From positions 21,929 through 85,928 of the forward strand of contig CAYOSQ010000005.1 of NCBI GenBank assembly GCA_964406665.1: DNA of 64,000 nucleotides. Reading direction: 5' to 3'. This DNA comes from an uncultured Planctomycetia bacterium (lineage in GTDB: Bacteria; Omnitrophota; Gorgyraeia; VGKH01; JBHPFN01). The notes under the pieces were generated by a model that made no database searches, was not told where the DNA came from, and saw only the letters and a list, made by a program, of their open reading frames with translations. Each line of letters opens with the position of its first letter. The first letter of the stretch is position 1. Position numbers and translations under genes: made by a program. Of this stretch, positions 58,962 through 64,000 are shown piece by piece.

Positions 58962-59907
58962 GCCGGTCATCTGCATTACAATGGGAGATCCTTCCGGCAT
59001 TGGGCCGGAAGTAACCGCAAAAGCACTGCTTAATTCTAAGATATCCCGCCTTGCCAATTTTGTTGTTGTGGGCGATTCGTTTGTTTTATCAAAGTATTTT
59101 CCTAAAAAGAAATCATTTCCATCAGTTGTTGTGGCTGATGCAGATAATGTAAACCGAAAAAAATTCAGACTTGGTGTTACGGATGCTTGTTATGGAAGGG
59201 CAGCAATCGAGTATATCGATATTGCACTTACTATGCTTAAAGAAGGTTATGTTGATGCATTGGTAACTGCTCCTGTAAGCAAAGAATCAATAAAACTATC
59301 AGGGCTTAAATCATTTCAAGGTCATACAGAATATTTGGCACAGAAGACAAAGACAAAAAAGATCATGATGATGTTGCTTGCTGATAATTTTAGAGTTTCA
59401 CTTGTTACTAGACATATCCCGATAAACAAAATAAGTGAGGCAATTACAAAAAAGAAAGTTTATGAAACGCTGATCCAAACTTACCTTTGTCTTAAAAGTT
59501 ATTTTAAAATAGAAAATCCAAAAATTGGTGTTTGCGGATTGAATCCTCATGCCGGGGAAGGTGGCCTCTTAGGTTGTGAAGAGCAGCAAGTTGTTATTCC
59601 AGCGATAAAACGTGCCAGAAGCAAATGTAGTAATATTTCAGACCCATTGCCAGCAGATACAATGTTTGTAAGTAGCCGTAGAGCTCAGCTTGATGCAATA
59701 GTTGCCATGTATCATGACCAAGGTCTTATTCCTTTAAAGACAATAGGTTTTAGTAATTCGGTGAATCTTTCTTTTGGGCTACCTTTTATAAGAACTTCTC
59801 CTGCACATGGTACTGGGTTTAACATTGCAGGAAAAGGTGCAGCTGAGCCTACTTCGATGATTGAAGCAATTAAGTTAGCCTGCAAGCTTTATAAGAATTC
59901 TAGATGA
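58939..59907 (+). CDS. pdxA: 4-hydroxythreonine-4-phosphate dehydrogenase
   Basis: TMGDPSGIGPE, GHTEYL, LNPHAGE, MYHDQG, RTSPAHGT; ATG 58939 preferred. Confidence 0.95.
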   Translation: MLTSSSNKPVICITMGDPSGIGPEVTAKALLNSKISRLANFVVVGDSFVLSKYFPKKKSFPSVVVADADNVNRKKFRLGVTDACYGRAAIEYIDIALTMLKEGYVDALVTAPVSKESIKLSGLKSFQGHTEYLAQKTKTKKIMMMLLADNFRVSLVTRHIPINKISEAITKKKVYETLIQTYLCLKSYFKIENPKIGVCGLNPHAGEGGLLGCEEQQVVIPAIKRARSKCSNISDPLPADTMFVSSRRAQLDAIVAMYHDQGLIPLKTIGFSNSVNLSFGLPFIRTSPAHGTGFNIAGKGAAEPTSMIEAIKLACKLYKNSR

Positions 59908-60725
59908 TAATGAAGTCTTTTCTTCCTGCAAAAAAATCCTTAGGCCAGAATTTTTTAACTGATGATAATATACGTAGAAAAATTATCTCTTCCTGTAATA
60001 TCTTAGACAGCGAAACCGTTTTAGAAATTGGACCTGGTAAAGGTGCGCTTACACAAGAACTTGTAATAAATGCCAAAAGTGTTATTGCAGTTGAAAAAGA
60101 CACGCGTTTTTTTGAGTTTCTTTCTGAAGTATTCAAAGGTTATCGTAATCTTACTTTGATTAATCAGGATATTCTGAAATTTACTATCTTAGAGAAAAAT
60201 ACCAAGGTTATCGGCAACATTCCTTACAATATCACCTCGCCATTAATTGAGCATTTATTCTCTCAGAAGAAAATGATTAGTGTAATTTATTTGTGTCTGC
60301 AGAAAGAGCTAGCTCAGCGCATGGTAGCGGAGGTAGGTTGCAAGGCATACGGTTCATTTAGTTTATTCGTGCAGTATTATTCTGTGCCACGCATACTATT
60401 TCCTATTAAAAGTACATGTTTTCGACCTAAACCAAGAGTGGATTCTTGTTTTATGGAGTTGCAGGTTCATAGGAAACCTCTGGTTGAAGTTAAGGATGAG
60501 AAATTAATGTTTGAAATAATAAGAGCTTGTTTCAATCAAAGAAGAAAGATGATTTCTAATTCCTTGAGGTCTTTTTTTGCTGAAGAAGTTTTAAGTGGTA
60601 TATTTGCAAATACAAAGATAAAATCTTGCATGCGTCCTGAGCAATTAAAACTTGGGGATTTTGCAAAACTAGCCAATTTCATTGCTTCAAGTACAAAAAA
60701 TAATCATAAATCTATTGTCTACTGA
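59904..60725 (+). CDS. rsmA: 16S rRNA dimethyladenosine transferase KsgA
   Basis: KSLGQNFL, LEIGPGKG, GNIPYNIT, P.PRVDS. Confidence 0.96.
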   Translation: MIMKSFLPAKKSLGQNFLTDDNIRRKIISSCNILDSETVLEIGPGKGALTQELVINAKSVIAVEKDTRFFEFLSEVFKGYRNLTLINQDILKFTILEKNTKVIGNIPYNITSPLIEHLFSQKKMISVIYLCLQKELAQRMVAEVGCKAYGSFSLFVQYYSVPRILFPIKSTCFRPKPRVDSCFMELQVHRKPLVEVKDEKLMFEIIRACFNQRRKMISNSLRSFFAEEVLSGIFANTKIKSCMRPEQLKLGDFAKLANFIASSTKNNHKSIVY

Positions 60726-60742
60726 TAAAAAATAAAGGAGTC

Positions 60743-61222
60743 GTGATGGCAGCGAAAGTGTTAACAAAGAAAATTGTAAAGTTTTTGAAAACTAATGAAT
60801 TCCTGAATATTGCTACTTGTAGTTCTGATATGCAACCTAATGTTGCACCTAAAATTTTATTGAAGATAGATGGTGACTGTGTCTATTTGGGAGATTATAA
60901 TATTGATAGGACATGGATGAATATCCGTTCTAATCATAGGGTTTCACTTTCTTGCATTGATATGGATACATTAGTGGGTTATCAGTTAAACGGTGTGGCA
61001 GAGTCTATAGATGAAGGTTTGCAGCAGGATAAACTTTCTAAATTATTCAATAAAAAGAAGCTGGATTTTTCTACTAATCGAATAATCGAAGGTGTGCGCT
61101 GCGGCAAGGAGCACAGAAGTTCTGAAATGGTGTTTCCTGACCGAGTGATTGTATATAAAATTAGATTAGAAGAAGTTATTGAAATACAGCCGGAAGGAAC
61201 ATTAGAAAGAAAGAAGTTATGA
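60743..61222 (+). CDS. Pyridoxamine 5'-phosphate oxidase-like FMN-binding protein
   Basis: IATCS...PNVAPK, T..NI..N..VSL, GYQLNG split-barrel pattern. Confidence 0.75.
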   Translation: MMAAKVLTKKIVKFLKTNEFLNIATCSSDMQPNVAPKILLKIDGDCVYLGDYNIDRTWMNIRSNHRVSLSCIDMDTLVGYQLNGVAESIDEGLQQDKLSKLFNKKKLDFSTNRIIEGVRCGKEHRSSEMVFPDRVIVYKIRLEEVIEIQPEGTLERKKL

Positions 61223-61605
61223 AGATAAAGAAGCTGATGATTATTTTGCTATGTTGGATATCGGTGAGTAATACAGGATTATGTTTTGCAGATGGAGAAG
61301 ATTCTGACAAAGCTGTTTTTTTAAATCAAAAAGGCATTAGCGCAAAATCTACTTCGGGAAAAAGTATGAATGCTATGCCGGATGTTTGCCAATCGCCAGC
61401 TGTTGATTCTGTATCGATTCCGTATGCGAATACTGCAAGTGCTTCTGAATCAGCAAAGGGGAGCAAGAAGGTTAAGGTAGAAGATTCTCAGCCTTTGATA
61501 AAAGACGAATCATTCCAGCCAAGTTTGTTTGAGGAAGAAGGCGCAGCGAATGATGATCTTGAATATGAAACATTGAAAAAGGTTGAGGAAATCAGGAAAA
61601 AATGA
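61219..61605 (+). CDS. Exported protein with a degenerate DUF4150 (PAAR-like) segment
   Basis: Signal peptide (CFA|D), then VFLNQKGISAK...MPDVCQSP...IPYANTA...GSKKVKV...EEEG, resembling DUF4150 FPDVCxTP..PIPYPN. Confidence 0.6.
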   Translation: MKIKKLMIILLCWISVSNTGLCFADGEDSDKAVFLNQKGISAKSTSGKSMNAMPDVCQSPAVDSVSIPYANTASASESAKGSKKVKVEDSQPLIKDESFQPSLFEEEGAANDDLEYETLKKVEEIRKK

Positions 61606-61686
61606 TCAAAAAGAACTATTACTAAATTTTTAGAACGCGTATATTGTAACTATTGTGTAGTTTGAGTAAAAACGAAGGAGTTTTTC

Positions 61687-61706
61687 AGGCCGAATAAATT
61701 CGGCCT
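61687..61706. terminator. Hairpin, possible terminator
   Basis: AGGCCGAA-TAAA-TTCGGCCT perfect stem with only a weak T-tract. Confidence 0.4.
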
Positions 61707-61824
61707 TGTTCATTTTAAGACAATGTTTAGAATAGTTTTTTTTCAAATAATCATTGGATAAAACAAATTTTTGAAGTAAAATATATAATTGTAATCTATT
61801 GAAAATAAACACAATCCGGGAAAA

Positions 61825-62109
61825 ATGCTTACCAATAAAGATATTCGATATGTAGCGCAATTAGCGCGGATAAACCTTGATCAAGAAGAGCTTAAGTTCT
61901 TCACTAAGCAGCTTGAAGATATCCTAGAGTATATTCAAAAGCTTGACAAGTTGGATGTAACCAAGGTTGAGCCTACCGCCCATGTATTACCAATAAAGAA
62001 TGTTTTACGAGGTGATAACCTAAAGAAATCATTACCTGTAAAAGAAGTTTTGCAAAATGCACCTTCAAAGGATGATAAATTTTTTAAGGTCCCAAAGGTA
62101 ATAGAATGA
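61825..62109 (+). CDS. gatC: Asp/Glu-tRNA amidotransferase subunit C
   Basis: [22 protein letters not shown]. Confidence 0.95.
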   Translation: MLTNKDIRYVAQLARINLDQEELKFFTKQLEDILEYIQKLDKLDVTKVEPTAHVLPIKNVLRGDNLKKSLPVKEVLQNAPSKDDKFFKVPKVIE

Positions 62110-63539
62110 ATCTGCATGAATTAGCCGCACACGAGCTACAAAAAAAAATAAACAGCAAAGAAATAGAAAGTTGCGTATTCATTGATTCTTTGTTAAAGCG
62201 CATATCTTCAGTAGATAAGAAGATAAAATCTTTCGCACGCGTATTTGATAAACCTATTTTTGAATCTAAAAATGGAAAGTCAATGAGCGGTATCCCGATT
62301 GCAATTAAAGATAATATCTGCATAAAAGATGAATTAACCACTTGCTGCTCAAAGATTTTAGATGGTTTTCGCCCACCCTACAATGCAACTGTTGTTGATC
62401 GCTTAAAGGATGTTGGTGTAGCATTAATTGGAAACACAAATATGGATGAATTTGCTTTTGGTTCATCGACGGAAAACTCTTGTTACGGGCCCACCCGTAA
62501 CCCTTGGGATACTGAAAGAGTTGTGGGTGGTTCTAGTGGTGGTTCTGCAGCAGCGGTGGCAGCGCGCCTCGTTCCTTGGGCATTAGGGTCGGATACTGGT
62601 GGTTCTATCAGGCAACCTGCAGCGCTTTGTGGTGTAGTAGGGTTAAAGCCAACCTATGGATGTGTTTCACGTTTTGGTCTGATTGCATTCGCTTCAAGCT
62701 TGGATCAGATAGGTCCAATTACTAGAGATGTTGAAGATTCAGCTCTTTTGATGAATATAATTGCTGGTCACGATGCTAACGATACAACTTCAGTTGAGGC
62801 AGAAAAACAAGATTATACAAAGTCGCTTAAAAAAGATATTAAGGGATTAAGAATTGGAATCCCCAAGGAATATTTTACTGAAGGTATTAATCTTGAGGTT
62901 AAGACTGCAGTTCAGGAGGCTATTGAACTTCTCAAAAAGCAAGGCGCGAAGGTTGAGGAGATTTCTCTCCCGCATACCGAATATGCTGTACCTACTTATT
63001 ATATTGTTGCAACAGCAGAGGCAAGTTCCAATCTAGCACGTTTTGACGGTGTACAGTATGGCTTGCGCTCAACGCTGGATAAGGAAAATGCAATGATTGA
63101 AATGTATAAGGAAACGCGTAAACAGGGTTTTGGAAAAGAGGCCAAGCGAAGGATAATCTTAGGCACATATGCGCTTTCTTCCGGATATTATGATGCTTAT
63201 TACCTTCGAGCACTTAAGGTACGTACGCTTATCAAGAAAGATTTCGATGAGGCATTCAAGAGTGTAGATTGTATTGTAACGCCAACTTCGCCTACGCCGG
63301 CATTTAAAATTGGTGAGAAATCAGATAATCCGCTTTCTATGTATTTATCAGATATTTACACAATTTCGGCAAATTTAGCAGGTATACCAGCGATTTCAAT
63401 TCCTTGTGGTTTTACAAAAGGAAACTTGCCTATTGGTCTACAGATTTTAGCAAAACCATTTGCTGAAAGTACATTGTTTAATGTTGCCTATACTTATGAG
63501 CAGAGTACCGACTGGCACAAAAAGAGTCCAAAGTTATGA
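62106..63539 (+). CDS. gatA: Asp/Glu-tRNA amidotransferase subunit A
   Basis: [34 protein letters not shown]. Confidence 0.97.
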   Translation: MNLHELAAHELQKKINSKEIESCVFIDSLLKRISSVDKKIKSFARVFDKPIFESKNGKSMSGIPIAIKDNICIKDELTTCCSKILDGFRPPYNATVVDRLKDVGVALIGNTNMDEFAFGSSTENSCYGPTRNPWDTERVVGGSSGGSAAAVAARLVPWALGSDTGGSIRQPAALCGVVGLKPTYGCVSRFGLIAFASSLDQIGPITRDVEDSALLMNIIAGHDANDTTSVEAEKQDYTKSLKKDIKGLRIGIPKEYFTEGINLEVKTAVQEAIELLKKQGAKVEEISLPHTEYAVPTYYIVATAEASSNLARFDGVQYGLRSTLDKENAMIEMYKETRKQGFGKEAKRRIILGTYALSSGYYDAYYLRALKVRTLIKKDFDEAFKSVDCIVTPTSPTPAFKIGEKSDNPLSMYLSDIYTISANLAGIPAISIPCGFTKGNLPIGLQILAKPFAESTLFNVAYTYEQSTDWHKKSPKL

Positions 63540-64000
63540 GTGAGCATGAAATAGTTATTGGATTAGAAGTTCACGTTCACCTGAAGACAAAAACAAAAGC
63601 TTTTTGTGGGTGTTCGACTGAATTCGGCAATGAGCCTAATTCTCAGACTTGTCCTGTTTGCTTAGGAATGCCGGGATCTTTGCCAGTATTAAATAAACAA
63701 TTTTTAGAGTTGGGAATACGTACAGCACTTGCACTGGGTTGTGAAATAGCTGAGTTTACAAAGTTTGATAGAAAGAATTATTATTATCCTGATTTGCCTA
63801 AGAACTATCAGATTTCTCAGTATGATTTGCCTATGTCGCACCGTGGTTTTATTATGATAGAGATTGAGGGAAAGCAGAAAAAGATTGGCATTACCCGTGT
63901 GCATATGGAAGAAGATGCGGGTAAACTTATCCATGATGAAAAAAAGCCTGTTAGTTATGTTGATTATAATCGAACCGGAATGCCGCTTTTAGAAATTGTT
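63536..64000 (+). CDS. gatB: Asp/Glu-tRNA amidotransferase subunit B, 3'-truncated by the window edge
   Basis: Translated by hand: [26 protein letters not shown]...[19 protein letters not shown]...HMEEDAGK; start overlaps the gatA stop (ATGA). Confidence 0.96.
   Translation, partial: MSEHEIVIGLEVHVHLKTKTKAFCGCSTEFGNEPNSQTCPVCLGMPGSLPVLNKQFLELGIRTALALGCEIAEFTKFDRKNYYYPDLPKNYQISQYDLPMSHRGFIMIEIEGKQKKIGITRVHMEEDAGKLIHDEKKPVSYVDYNRTGMPLLEIV

Noticed and set aside
1-64000. CRISPR arrays, rRNA genes, IS elements, and the many short antisense ORFs in the track
   Set aside because: No regularly spaced short repeats, rRNA or transposase motifs were seen. The short ORFs lie opposite or within well-supported genes and show no recognisable motifs.

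Overview
Low-GC bacterial chromosomal window, almost all genes on the + strand. Gene content and style suggest an anaerobic diderm, possibly Candidatus Omnitrophota (inference, not verified). Most of it is housekeeping: oligopeptide ABC transporter, acyl-CoA dehydrogenase and EtfBA, smc, dnaG-rpoD, tRNA-Ala(CGC), AmmeMemoRadiSam genes, rsmE, mtaB, recA-degP-recX-alaS, hisDBHAFI, trpE, rpsP, yajC-secDF-mfd-surA-pdxA-rsmA, gatCAB. The standout locus is 9.27-15.17 kb. A c-di-GMP-I riboswitch precedes a type IV minor-pilin (PilV/PilW/PilX-like) operon. Its PilV-like pilin carries two tandem, catalytically intact intein-like Hint domains, each ending HN-K, with a C-x-x-C at the first junction. Two PilX-like paralogues follow, with near-identical 5' ends and divergent 24-Cys heads; the first is broken by an 11-bp deletion. 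A second candidate system (27.5-34.4 kb) places an RsbW/STAS/CHASE2-PP2C partner switch around an MlaEFD transporter, a FecR protein and an outer-membrane barrel, with no cognate sigma factor. Other oddities: a reduced-hinge SMC, a 629-aa minimal Mfd, a 547-bp duplication in tandem polyferredoxins, a signal-peptide DUF4150/PAAR-like protein, tandem NrdR-like boxes, and a structured intergenic element before recA. All family assignments come from motif recognition by eye; no searches were run.
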